This document shows, piece by piece, positions 49,287 to 58,431 of a stretch of DNA of 64,000 nt. Every line of letters begins with the position of its first letter. The stretch's first letter is position 1. The notes beneath the pieces were generated by a model. The model made no database searches. It saw only the letters and a list, made by a program, of their open reading frames with translations, and was not told the origin of the DNA. A program made the position numbers and the translations under genes. Source of the stretch: an uncultured virus (IMG/VR IMGVR_UViG_3300025098_000016) (lineage: Duplodnaviria; Heunggongvirae; Uroviricota; Caudoviricetes); IMG/VR virus record IMGVR_UViG_3300025098_000016, one strand, 5' to 3'.

Positions 49287-50195
49287 TCAAGTGCCCCACG
49301 CATTTCCGAAGAGTGAAATGTGTAGTCTGGGGGTAAATCTCCACCCTTCGGCCATACACGCTTCAGCCACGTCTTTAACGTTGAGGGCATATTCTTCACT
49401 GCGTCCGCCCAACGGCATAAGATATACTGGACATTCCAACCCGGCACCTCTGTAAGCTTCAACAGCTCTTTTGACTTCATCAAAGTCACCTTGAGTAGCG
49501 ACAACAAACTTAAGATACATGTCGCTGTCAGTAACAAGCTGATACTCACTAGCCACGTCAGGCTTAATAGCAGTATCCCAAGGTTCTCCGCTAACGCTAA
49601 GTTTCGGGGAACAAGACCAAGTGACTTGGATTCTATCTTGATCATTAAGATAGTTAAAGAAATCTTCGTGTAAATGTTGTGTAGTGTTTGTTTCAAATGT
49701 AACATTTTTTAAATCCTTCATACGTGGATGTTCAAATAAATCAATGTAGAGCCTTTGCCACGCTAATAACGGCTCACCACCTGTTAAGATAAGGTGAACA
49801 TCTTGTCCATTATCTTGTACCCATTTACCATTAGGAGTAAGTGATAGTAAATGTTCAACAACAGCATCAACACCTGCTAGTTTATTAAAATGTTTAAACT
49901 CTGGATAGATACTTGCATATGTATCACAGCCTGTATGTATGATAGGCAAGTCGTTAAACTCTTTTGTAGTTTCGTGTACACCTTGGTTAATAAGTTCCAT
50001 TACTTCTGCGTTATGTTTCTTACCTGCTTTATGTTGTTCCCAACGGTCACGTTTTTCATCTGTACCAAAGTTCATGCAACGAAAGTTACAACCAAATGTA
50101 CGTAAGAATACACTAGGTACTCCTACAAATTTGCCTTCACCTTGTACACTATAAAATGCTTCTGAATATCTTAATTGTTTTTCTTTACTTTCCAC
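49287..50195 (-). CDS. queE: 7-carboxy-7-deazaguanine synthase (QueE-like radical SAM)
   Basis: FYSVQGEG..G.PSVFLRTFGCNFRC...CDT, LTGGEPL, ETN, SPKL, RLH; GTG 50195 with SD GGAG; adjacent to folE. Confidence 0.85.
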   Translation of the reverse strand: MESKEKQLRYSEAFYSVQGEGKFVGVPSVFLRTFGCNFRCMNFGTDEKRDRWEQHKAGKKHNAEVMELINQGVHETTKEFNDLPIIHTGCDTYASIYPEFKHFNKLAGVDAVVEHLLSLTPNGKWVQDNGQDVHLILTGGEPLLAWQRLYIDLFEHPRMKDLKNVTFETNTTQHLHEDFFNYLNDQDRIQVTWSCSPKLSVSGEPWDTAIKPDVASEYQLVTDSDMYLKFVVATQGDFDEVKRAVEAYRGAGLECPVYLMPLGGRSEEYALNVKDVAEACMAEGWRFTPRLHISLFGNAWGT

Positions 50196-50874
50196 AAGCA
50201 AACTCCTGTTGCAGTTTAATGTTATCCATAAACTCTTTTTTAGTACCTGCGTCATCTTTAAACGCACCTTTGAGTACAGTTGTTTGTGTAAGACTACTAT
50301 GTGCCTTAACACCTCTGTTCTCTACACAACCATGCGTTGCTTGTACATAAACACCTAAGTGTTCTGCATCTGTTGCTTTTTGTATTTCGCGAGCAATATC
50401 ATTTGCAAGTTCTTCTTGCAATGTACCACGTTCAGCACACCATTGTGCAATACGGGTGTATTTACTTAGTCCAATTAATTTGTCTGCGGCAATAATACCA
50501 ATGTATGCAACACCTTTTACAATCTGATGATGATGCGAACACATACTTGTAAGTTCACTTCTAACAACTAACATACCTTCATAACGATCCATACTGTCAT
50601 TTGGAAATGCTGTCGCTTTTGGAATTGGATCATAACGTCCTGCCATTAATTCATTAATATACATCTTTGCTAGACGTTTACCAGTTCCCATACTATTAGG
50701 ATCATTATGCCTGTCAATTACGAGTGAGTCTAGTACACTCTCAAAGGCTACAGTTGCTTCGTCAATTAGTGCTTCTTTGTCGCCTTCTAATAAAACGTCA
50801 CTGATGTTGTCACCAGCCCAAGATCTAATGCCAGCCTCTTCTAACCTTGCTTTAATTTCTTCACTTTTGTTCAT
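50185..50874 (-). CDS. folE: GTP cyclohydrolase I
   Basis: SMCSHH, IGLSKY.R, LQE.L, HGC..RGV. Confidence 0.92.
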   Translation of the reverse strand: MNKSEEIKARLEEAGIRSWAGDNISDVLLEGDKEALIDEATVAFESVLDSLVIDRHNDPNSMGTGKRLAKMYINELMAGRYDPIPKATAFPNDSMDRYEGMLVVRSELTSMCSHHHQIVKGVAYIGIIAADKLIGLSKYTRIAQWCAERGTLQEELANDIAREIQKATDAEHLGVYVQATHGCVENRGVKAHSSLTQTTVLKGAFKDDAGTKKEFMDNIKLQQEFACGK

Positions 50875-50919
50875 TTAGTTCTCCGATGTTAAGGCAGTGG
50901 ATTGCCTGTAATAGTTTAT

Positions 50920-50948
50920 ATTATACAATATATTTAGGTCTGTGTCAA
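50920..50948 (-). promoter_or_regulatory. Consensus sigma70 promoter TTGACA-N17-TATAAT for folE-queE
   Basis: -35 at 50948-43, -10 at 50925-20; TAAATA within the spacer. Confidence 0.8.
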
Positions 50949-51757
50949 CCTTTTTTAACATAATTTAAGTAGTCTTTAGCAATTAATTCATGTATATGCT
51001 TAGTATAATGCTCGCCGTCGACTCTATGTTCGTCCGTTTCTATGTTAATGGCTTTTGCTAATTGCAAATAACCTTCTGCGGACGATGATGCTTTTGTACC
51101 TGCTTGCCAATCTCCGTAAAGCTCAACATTGTCAGGAACAAATACTCTATTGTTAATCGTCCATTGATACCATTTAATATCTCGTCTAGCACACATAGTA
51201 TCAATTGCTAATAAGTCTAAACAATAGTCTTTGTATTGTAAAGGTGTTACTAGCTCGTGCCAAAGTTTTGTGTAGATATATTTTTCATGAAAGGGTTTAA
51301 AGTCTGCTTGTACTTTCATATCGTCAAAAAAGAAACCTTTAAATTCTTCGTAGTTTTCTTTTCTAACTTGATCAATCATTTCAATGTAATTTTCAGTTAC
51401 ACGATGATCTGTATATCTTTTTATCTTTTCGTCTTTTGGTTGATTGTCATCTAAGAACAAATCTACATTTGTATTTTCACCAACATCTAAGTTACGTGAA
51501 CATGCAAGTAAGAATCTATTCCAATATGTACTTTGCACAAATACTTCATCAATGTCATCATAACGATCAAGCATTGATTTAACCCAAGCAGGATATTTTC
51601 TGTTACATCCACCTGGTTGACTATAGATAATAACTTCTTTATTATTTTCTTCGGCATATATCTCAGCATAGTTATTATCTTGCCATGCTGAGATTGTATC
51701 ACCGATTTCAGAGTATCCGTGTGCGTGACTATCGCCGATGAATAGTGTTTTAGTCAT
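50945..51757 (-). CDS. SGNH/GDSL-like protein
   Basis: N-terminal FIGDSH, C-terminal DGEH (DxxH). Confidence 0.5.
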   Translation of the reverse strand: MTKTLFIGDSHAHGYSEIGDTISAWQDNNYAEIYAEENNKEVIIYSQPGGCNRKYPAWVKSMLDRYDDIDEVFVQSTYWNRFLLACSRNLDVGENTNVDLFLDDNQPKDEKIKRYTDHRVTENYIEMIDQVRKENYEEFKGFFFDDMKVQADFKPFHEKYIYTKLWHELVTPLQYKDYCLDLLAIDTMCARRDIKWYQWTINNRVFVPDNVELYGDWQAGTKASSSAEGYLQLAKAINIETDEHRVDGEHYTKHIHELIAKDYLNYVKKG

Positions 51758-51956
51758 TAAAATACTTGTTCAACATTTCTAGTCTATCATCAGCAGTTGC
51801 CATAGCATCTAATTCTTTTTGAATTGTTTCGATGATGTCTGAATGTTCGCCAATGCCTACAACCTTTTCCATATACACATTAATATTAGTTTTGTGTAAT
51901 AGGACTTCTGCTTCGGCATGTTTTCTTGCCGCTTCAATCATTTGCTGTTTCAACAT
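51750..51956 (-). CDS. Hypothetical small protein
   Basis: 68 aa, SD AAGGA. Confidence 0.55.
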   Translation of the reverse strand: MLKQQMIEAARKHAEAEVLLHKTNINVYMEKVVGIGEHSDIIETIQKELDAMATADDRLEMLNKYFND

Positions 51957-52302
51957 AAGTTCCTTTCCTGTAGTTTCCTTGTTTAGGTATTACGTGTCGT
52001 ACGCCGCCGCGTGGATCATCCATATCGCCTTTGCGCCTAGGAATTAAGTGAACGTGTGGATAGTTAACAGTTTGTCCTGCCGCTTCTCCAACGTTTTGTC
52101 CGATGTTGAACGCATCACAGTATCCACGTTCAACCCAATCATAGCCCCATTTATATGCGGCCTCCATACATTTTGTTAGTCCTCTCCAGTCTTCTTGTTT
52201 AGGCACAAAAAGAATGTGTCCTTCAGTAACCGGATAGCCATCTTTGTATACTGTAAAGTCTTTTGACTCAATTAGTACATCTGTCCAAGGTTTAGAATCC
52301 AT
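51934..52302 (-). CDS. HIT-family nucleotide hydrolase
   Basis: GH.LFVPK, NVGEAAGQTV..PHVHLIPR. Confidence 0.88.
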   Translation of the reverse strand: MDSKPWTDVLIESKDFTVYKDGYPVTEGHILFVPKQEDWRGLTKCMEAAYKWGYDWVERGYCDAFNIGQNVGEAAGQTVNYPHVHLIPRRKGDMDDPRGGVRHVIPKQGNYRKGTYVETAND

Positions 52303-52873
52303 AATTAAATGCCACCATTATACGTTCTTTATCTGTAAGTTGTTGTTCAACTTTATGATGCAAATGACTTGGAAAGATAATTAAACTTCCTGTCATTGCC
52401 GCACAAGTTACATTAGGAGAGTTTGCTTCATTTAGTTCTGAAACATTTACTCTCGGCCAGTTAGCTTTCATATTAGGATTAACAAGTGTTAGTCCTGGAT
52501 GATCTTGATCTGCTTGAATATAGTATACTCCGCTCCATGTGTCTGGAAGATGATTATGTTCTTCGTGGTAAGTGTACTTACGATTAATACTAAACCAACT
52601 GCTCTTAAGTGAAGGCGTATGTTGTAGTTTAGTTTCTTTATGACACTCTTTTACACTTGCATCAATAAAGTTTTTTAAATCTTCAAACAACGGATGTTCT
52701 AAAATACTTTCACTGCCGTATGATGTATATCCGTTAGCAGTATATCTTATAGGAGATTTATCTGTTTTTTCTTTTGCTAAAAGCTCTTTAACTACAGACT
52801 TTTGTAGCTCTTGAGCTTTGTCGTATACAGCTCTAAATACTTGTGTTGGAAATATAAACTGCTTCTCAATCAT
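52292..52873 (-). CDS. Fe(II)/2OG oxygenase (TIGR02466-like)
   Basis: HNH...WSGVYY...IFPSHLHHKV...R..VAFN. Confidence 0.75.
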   Translation of the reverse strand: MIEKQFIFPTQVFRAVYDKAQELQKSVVKELLAKEKTDKSPIRYTANGYTSYGSESILEHPLFEDLKNFIDASVKECHKETKLQHTPSLKSSWFSINRKYTYHEEHNHLPDTWSGVYYIQADQDHPGLTLVNPNMKANWPRVNVSELNEANSPNVTCAAMTGSLIIFPSHLHHKVEQQLTDKERIMVAFNYGF

Positions 52874-53418
52874 TAATATTCTCCAACGTGTTCCCAAGGA
52901 TAAACTAACCAAACATCTTCTTCTGCTTTATTTACTTCGTGGCAACTATAGGATATTGTACTATTGAAATCACTTGCTAAATTATCGGTTAGTGTAGCAA
53001 AGCGAACATTGTTACCAAACACATTATTCCATTTAGGATCATCAGGCAAACACCCTTGTTTCCAGTCTTGCATAATCCAATTAAACGTAGCACCAGTATC
53101 GTTAATATCATCTACAATAAGAATTTTCTTTTCTAATGGCCCTGCTGTTACTTTTGTACCATCGTTGTATCCATATGCATCTTCTGCCATCCATAACATA
53201 CTATCGCCAGTCTTACCTGACTCTCCATCACGTAAACTTACTTTAAGTGCTTCACAACGTATACCTGTGATGTTACTAATAATAGTAGCAGGTACATTAC
53301 CACCACGTGTAATACCTACAATGTAATCAGGCTTCCAATTGTCAGCGTACATTTGATTTACAATACTAACGCACATACGTTCTACGTCTTGCCAGTTGTA
53401 ATAGTGTTTTTTAATCAT
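52873..53418 (-). CDS. Purine phosphoribosyltransferase (Gpt-like)
   Basis: VGITRGG, PRPP loop LIVDDINDTGAT, WLVYPWE. Confidence 0.85.
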   Translation of the reverse strand: MIKKHYYNWQDVERMCVSIVNQMYADNWKPDYIVGITRGGNVPATIISNITGIRCEALKVSLRDGESGKTGDSMLWMAEDAYGYNDGTKVTAGPLEKKILIVDDINDTGATFNWIMQDWKQGCLPDDPKWNNVFGNNVRFATLTDNLASDFNSTISYSCHEVNKAEEDVWLVYPWEHVGEY

Positions 53419-53593
53419 GATATCCATCATCCTCATCTAATATTTTAATAGTTGGTTTATTAATAAACCAGTTTGGAACCTCTGGACAAGCATCTTTAAT
53501 TTCTTGACTAGTATATGATTCAGGTTGTCTAATACCATATTTGTTCATTTGGTCTAAAGCCCAATCTGTAACATCTTGCTTGTTCTTAAACAT
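53411..53593 (-). CDS. Hypothetical small protein
   Basis: 60 aa, coupled to neighbours. Confidence 0.45.
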   Translation of the reverse strand: MFKNKQDVTDWALDQMNKYGIRQPESYTSQEIKDACPEVPNWFINKPTIKILDEDDGYHD

Positions 53594-54002
53594 TCTTTAA
53601 ATAATCCTTGTTGTCGATCCATTTACCATTTTTTACAAAGCCCCAGCTTTGTGCTTTTCTACCCATGAAGAATAAACTCCAACATGGAATGTTATTTCCA
53701 TCTTTGTCCTTTGCAAGCTCTAACCAATGTAGATCTTTTGCTGAACGAAAACGTATGCTACCTGGACCACGCCAAAACTTGCCTTGTGGTGTATGTTCCC
53801 AATAGCCGCCTTTAATAATAAATGCTCCCCAACTCCAAGGATGATCATGTAGTGTAGGCTCATCACTTACTAAAACTTTATGTAGTGTGATGTTGAAAGG
53901 AAAGTTTTTTCTTTCTTTTAAAAACAAATAATATCTTACTAGGTAAGGTACTTTACCGCTTCTATCTGTAATTACACGTTTACGGTTTTTAAAAAAGTTC
54001 AT
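53586..54002 (-). CDS. Cupin-like protein
   Basis: LHDHPW...GGYWE...H metal-binding pattern. Confidence 0.6.
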   Translation of the reverse strand: MNFFKNRKRVITDRSGKVPYLVRYYLFLKERKNFPFNITLHKVLVSDEPTLHDHPWSWGAFIIKGGYWEHTPQGKFWRGPGSIRFRSAKDLHWLELAKDKDGNNIPCWSLFFMGRKAQSWGFVKNGKWIDNKDYLKNV

Positions 54003-54336
54003 CTTTTATTTCCCCTGATTCTTTTTTACCTTTGTAATCTTGCTTAACCATATTATATACACTTTCAAAGTTGCGCCAAACTTTTACAAGTGCAGGATAT
54101 TCTTTACACATGTTTTCTACTTCGTCTGGATCAATCATGGTATCTAAAATATTATAATAACCACCTGTACTACCTGCACTATCAAATGTAATATTTGGAC
54201 CTGCACTATTTGTATTGATAATGTATTCACCACCAGTATCATTTACACCATCAATGGTAATTGTTACATCACTAAGACCATAATCCATACTTGGTGAATC
54301 TGTTGTAATATAACCTGTATCGTAATCATCACCCAT
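53989..54336 (-). CDS. Hypothetical protein
   Basis: 115 aa, SD GGAGG. Confidence 0.55.
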   Translation of the reverse strand: MGDDYDTGYITTDSPSMDYGLSDVTITIDGVNDTGGEYIINTNSAGPNITFDSAGSTGGYYNILDTMIDPDEVENMCKEYPALVKVWRNFESVYNMVKQDYKGKKESGEIKDELF

Positions 54337-55408
54337 TGCTTACCTCCTTGTATAATGCTTCGCCACTAAAGAAAGATCTTTTTAAGTTGTATAATTGTTT
54401 ATTCATAGGACCTTTATAACTATCATAGTTTTCCATATAATCAATTACTTTGTCAACAAGTTGCGGTCTAAATTTTTTGTATTGCTCAAAGTTCTTAGTC
54501 CAAATACTTGGATACTTGAAAGGCTGATCTGCCATTTCACTATAACTAAGTCTATCAGGAACCATAGGAATAGTATCAACTAATAAACCTTCGTACCAAC
54601 TAATACCTAGTGTTTCTTGTAGATTAGCACTAAACACAAGTTTAGCTTTACCTAACAAATTATGGTAGTCATTTTTTGATAGTTGTTTTTCTTGACACAC
54701 AATAAATTCATATTGCGGTAATTGTTCTTTTAAATCTCTAAAGATTTCAACTTGTTTTTCTGGAGCAACTCTGTGCGGAAACAAAATTATATCTTCTTTA
54801 GGCATGCTTTTATAACTATCTAAACTAGTAGCCAAGTACTCCATAGGCCATCCAACACGTTTAATTTTATCTTCGTTAACGTGCCTATTATCTAAAATAG
54901 GATCACCTTTGTTTTTAAATGTTTGTAAAAATAAGTCTATATGAAACTGTGTAGCAAAAAAGTTATGATCATAACAATCAAACATACTACGTTCTGCATT
55001 CCTTACCCAAGGTTTATTACCTATAAGTCTACCTAAAAAATCTTGCGGATCATAACTACCTGCATGCCACAAACCACCAATGCGAATATCAACACCCAAT
55101 AGCTCTGCCATATAGCGTAATTGAATAACTGTAGGATTCCAGGCATCGGTATAGATAAAATAATCATCATCTTTAATTTCACCACTTGCAAACATCCTGC
55201 TAATCTCTAACATCTGTTGAGATTTGTAATTGTTAGTTCCGGCAAAGTTAAGAAATGCCCCAGGCGTTGTAGCCTGAGGTACTTCTCCACCACTAATAAC
55301 AATAACTTCTTCATTCGTAGATCGTTGCAGTTGCTTTGGAAGATATTCTTTCCACTGCTTAGTATACCTAGTATCTACTGCTTCAATGTCTACGATAAAG
55401 ATTGTCAT
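54329..55408 (-). CDS. GT-B (GT4-like) glycosyltransferase
   Basis: FPHRVAPEK and E-x7-E motif ETLGISWYE. Confidence 0.7.
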   Translation of the reverse strand: MTIFIVDIEAVDTRYTKQWKEYLPKQLQRSTNEEVIVISGGEVPQATTPGAFLNFAGTNNYKSQQMLEISRMFASGEIKDDDYFIYTDAWNPTVIQLRYMAELLGVDIRIGGLWHAGSYDPQDFLGRLIGNKPWVRNAERSMFDCYDHNFFATQFHIDLFLQTFKNKGDPILDNRHVNEDKIKRVGWPMEYLATSLDSYKSMPKEDIILFPHRVAPEKQVEIFRDLKEQLPQYEFIVCQEKQLSKNDYHNLLGKAKLVFSANLQETLGISWYEGLLVDTIPMVPDRLSYSEMADQPFKYPSIWTKNFEQYKKFRPQLVDKVIDYMENYDSYKGPMNKQLYNLKRSFFSGEALYKEVSNG

Positions 55409-55674
55409 TAGTGTCTCCTATTACTCTGATAACGACCTTGATTATTACGATCATTACGATGGTTATTAAATTTACGTTTGCCGCCTGAACGGAATCTGCT
55501 ATAAGCCTGCCAAGCACGACTTTTATTATTATACAGATTTCTTTCGTCCCAAGTATAGCCATCATGACCAAACAAGTACGCGGTTCTGCAGAACGCTTTG
55601 AAACGTTCCATATCGTCAAAGATTTTTACAATCTCTGGGTTTTTAGCAAAGTATTCACCCTGGTTGTAAGCCAT
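55408..55674 (-). CDS. Hypothetical protein (basic, N/R-rich C-terminus)
   Basis: 88 aa, SD AAGGAG. Confidence 0.55.
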   Translation of the reverse strand: MAYNQGEYFAKNPEIVKIFDDMERFKAFCRTAYLFGHDGYTWDERNLYNNKSRAWQAYSRFRSGGKRKFNNHRNDRNNQGRYQSNRRH

Positions 55675-55686
55675 TTATTATCTCCT

Positions 55687-56148
55687 TTAATAGCTAGGGT
55701 ATGTAATTTGTGCACCGTTCTCTCCGTCTTCGGAAATCTCGATGTGGACCTCACGTCCAGTATATTTTGTTGTAATCTGCTCATACAAATCATCTGACAT
55801 CATTTCACATGACTTATAATCTAGTTCAAGTGTTTTTTCTGCGTAAAGTTTCTCCATCCATCTTTTAAATTGAATAAACTCGATATCTCTGTCATTATGT
55901 GTAACAGTAATACCTACTCTAAAATGAAATATGTGTCTATGGGGATATCCCAAAAAACTAACATCATATTCATCACCTGTTGCAAGACTAGGATCATCTA
56001 GTGCCGCAGGATACTTATGGATACCTTCTTTCTTAAAGGTTACCCAAATCATACGTTTTGCTTCTTTCATTGCTTTGTCTTTAGCATCAATCATATCTTG
56101 TTCTCTCATTCTACGCATCATATAGTCATAATGTCGTTCTTGTTGCAT
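55687..56148 (-). CDS. QueD/PTPS-like T-fold protein
   Basis: HRHIFHFRV (HxH metal motif), IEF, SCE, ISEDGENG; folE/queE/TGT context; start uncertain. Confidence 0.6.
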   Translation of the reverse strand: MQQERHYDYMMRRMREQDMIDAKDKAMKEAKRMIWVTFKKEGIHKYPAALDDPSLATGDEYDVSFLGYPHRHIFHFRVGITVTHNDRDIEFIQFKRWMEKLYAEKTLELDYKSCEMMSDDLYEQITTKYTGREVHIEISEDGENGAQITYPSY

Positions 56149-56150
56149 TT

Positions 56151-56179
56151 ATTATACTACCTTTACTCATTGTTGTCAA
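56151..56179 (-). promoter_or_regulatory. Consensus sigma70 promoter TTGACA-N17-TATAAT
   Basis: Perfect consensus upstream of the QueD-like gene. Confidence 0.75.
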
Positions 56180-56708
56180 TAGATATTGGTGAATCATTTT
56201 CGTATTTTTCCCAAGATGTAAACTTATCTCTTGACTGCAAATCTCTAGCATAATGTACCCAAACACCTGCATTTGATGCTTTAAAGTCTTTATCATCAAT
56301 TTTAATACATGCATTGTAGTTAAGTTGATCAATATAAGGTAGTTTTACGCTAATCATACTAATAAACTTTTTATGTTCATTATACCCAGATTCTAACACC
56401 CAACTATGAAACTTAACATCATAGTCTAGTGTAACCCAAAAGCCAGCTTTACATAATCCATCAACTAATAGATCCCATGCTGTATTTTGTTCGTTCTTAC
56501 CGTATGGCAATTCAATGTCAAAACTTTGATTGGCGCCTAAGTAAATGTGTTCGACTGATTCCGCTTTTGCTCTTTCAATCACGTCATCAACATCTTGTGG
56601 TCCTACAACAAACAATGTATGTTCATTGTGAACTGGTGTATGCTCTACTTCATAACCTGTAAAATATACAACGTCATCTTTGACGCCATCATCGTAATCT
56701 CTATTCAT
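56163..56708 (-). CDS. Hypothetical protein in deazaguanine cluster
   Basis: 181 aa between the TGT-like and QueD-like genes. Confidence 0.6.
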   Translation of the reverse strand: MNRDYDDGVKDDVVYFTGYEVEHTPVHNEHTLFVVGPQDVDDVIERAKAESVEHIYLGANQSFDIELPYGKNEQNTAWDLLVDGLCKAGFWVTLDYDVKFHSWVLESGYNEHKKFISMISVKLPYIDQLNYNACIKIDDKDFKASNAGVWVHYARDLQSRDKFTSWEKYENDSPISIDNNE

Positions 56709-56886
56709 CTTTTGCTAACTGATCCTTTATTGCAAGTTTTTCTTTTTTTAGATTAATAAGGTGTGATTTGTGATTATATGATCTATCACCTTCACGTTCT
56801 TTTTCTATTGCTTCAACTTTGTTGTGTAAGTAGTCGTGCATATTTTGTAACTTTTTTGCACTTTTACTTTTTCTTCCTGTCGCCAT
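56701..56886 (-). CDS. Small coiled-coil protein (YdcH/DUF465-like)
   Basis: H..L...V...LKKEKLAIKDQL. Confidence 0.5.
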   Translation of the reverse strand: MATGRKSKSAKKLQNMHDYLHNKVEAIEKEREGDRSYNHKSHLINLKKEKLAIKDQLAKDE

Positions 56887-56888
56887 CT

Positions 56889-58421
56889 TTATACCTCCGT
56901 AAATAAATTTGAAAAGCCTGTATTTGCATTTACAGTCTTTTTACCTACTGCTCCTCTAGTGCCAATAATTGACATCCAGAATTTACTATATTCTTCTATG
57001 ATTGCTTCTGCTTCGTCTCTGTTTGAAGTTGCAAATATTGCTTCCACAACATCTTTAAAATATAGCCTGTCGAATTGTTCCTCCACAAGCATTGCCGGAA
57101 CATTTCCATTGTCGTATTGTCTGTTTGCTTCTTGTACTGCATTAACATGACTCCATACGTTGTGACCCATTTGTATAGCATAACTAAAACTATCCCAACT
57201 AGTTGAGTCACGTTTACGAATAATTTGATTACCGTCTTCGTCTAGTATAGGATTACCATGTTTGTCTCTATCAATTTCTCCTGCTAAAATTTTAGGACCA
57301 CCAACTTTGTTAGTGTCACCAGGAGCATATATACAAACATCGTTTACTTTAATATTTTTAGTCAAAGGACTATCAGTAAAGTTTTTAAATATTCCATCTG
57401 CTAGTACACCATCTCTAAAGTTACGTGTATCAGTTGCGTACTTTAATTCATCAATACTTGGAACCATTCTGTAGACCCATTTAGTTCTATCTTCAGTTTC
57501 AGTTTGAATGTAAATTTGTCCATTTGCTGTAGCAAGGAAAGGAGAAGCACAATCAAATGTAATTGTAAAGTTTGGATTATGATACTTACGTACTGCTCTT
57601 TGTATATCAGTTAGTAGTGTAGCCCATTCTAGTTTGCTTGTTCCTAGAAAGTGCATAAAGTCATGTTTACCTTGTTCAAGTAATCCATCAAAACGTAATG
57701 CTACAATACGTTTAAGAACTAAGTGTATATCACACATGTTCTGTCCACCCATCGACCATCCGTTAAAGTGATTCTCATACTTTGCAGGATCACAATAGTC
57801 TTTCATCTGTTGATACCAATCTTCAGCATCAGCATGATTCTCACCTTGTAATACATTTAAGAACTTACAAGCACCTGTTCTGTGTTTCATAAAGTAGTCG
57901 TTGTTAATACGTGTAGCATTAACAGCCTCTTGATATGTACTAATACCTGTTGCTTTTGCACCAGCAGGTGAACGTGCCACCCAAGCCGGAATATCAAGTA
58001 TCATACCATAGTCCATATAAGCATCCATCCACGCAAGTACTTGCTCACGTTTCTTTTGTGCTTTAGGACAATTAGGATCTTTCCAATCGCCTTCCCAAAC
58101 ACCTTTACCAATTTGGAAGCCACCTGAGTCACCTAACAACCAACTGTTCTCACGATCACGTTCTCTAACCATAAGTTCTTTTGGAGCATCTTTATTGATA
58201 TCTAATTCAGCATGTCCTGCTGAGTACAGAGTCCAATGATAGTTAAACATTCCTTCTTTTTTGTTTAACCAATTCATACTTTCCATACTAGGATAAGGAA
58301 TACGACTTTCTTCAACATATTCTTCACGCCTTTGCTTACCTACAAATGTTGCGTAGAATCCACTTAGAGCTGGAAGAAATATTGCATAGTCTTTTTGTGC
58401 TGTTGTTAAGTCAGTATTCAA
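56889..58421 (-). CDS. tRNA-guanine transglycosylase-like / DpdA-like DNA transglycosylase
   Basis: LGDSGGFQIG, ILDIP, VLQG, GWSMGG, HFLG, DCASP, HN; TTG start 58421 with SD AGGAG. Confidence 0.78.
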   Translation of the reverse strand: MNTDLTTAQKDYAIFLPALSGFYATFVGKQRREEYVEESRIPYPSMESMNWLNKKEGMFNYHWTLYSAGHAELDINKDAPKELMVRERDRENSWLLGDSGGFQIGKGVWEGDWKDPNCPKAQKKREQVLAWMDAYMDYGMILDIPAWVARSPAGAKATGISTYQEAVNATRINNDYFMKHRTGACKFLNVLQGENHADAEDWYQQMKDYCDPAKYENHFNGWSMGGQNMCDIHLVLKRIVALRFDGLLEQGKHDFMHFLGTSKLEWATLLTDIQRAVRKYHNPNFTITFDCASPFLATANGQIYIQTETEDRTKWVYRMVPSIDELKYATDTRNFRDGVLADGIFKNFTDSPLTKNIKVNDVCIYAPGDTNKVGGPKILAGEIDRDKHGNPILDEDGNQIIRKRDSTSWDSFSYAIQMGHNVWSHVNAVQEANRQYDNGNVPAMLVEEQFDRLYFKDVVEAIFATSNRDEAEAIIEEYSKFWMSIIGTRGAVGKKTVNANTGFSNLFTEV

Positions 58422-58431
58422 CTTGTTTCTC

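Noticed and set aside
49205..49705. 166-aa alternative-frame ORF overlapping queE
   Set aside because: Mostly out-of-frame overlap; at most a roughly 30-aa tail peptide (..KAPINEDKIRKAGW) may be real, and this cannot be supported
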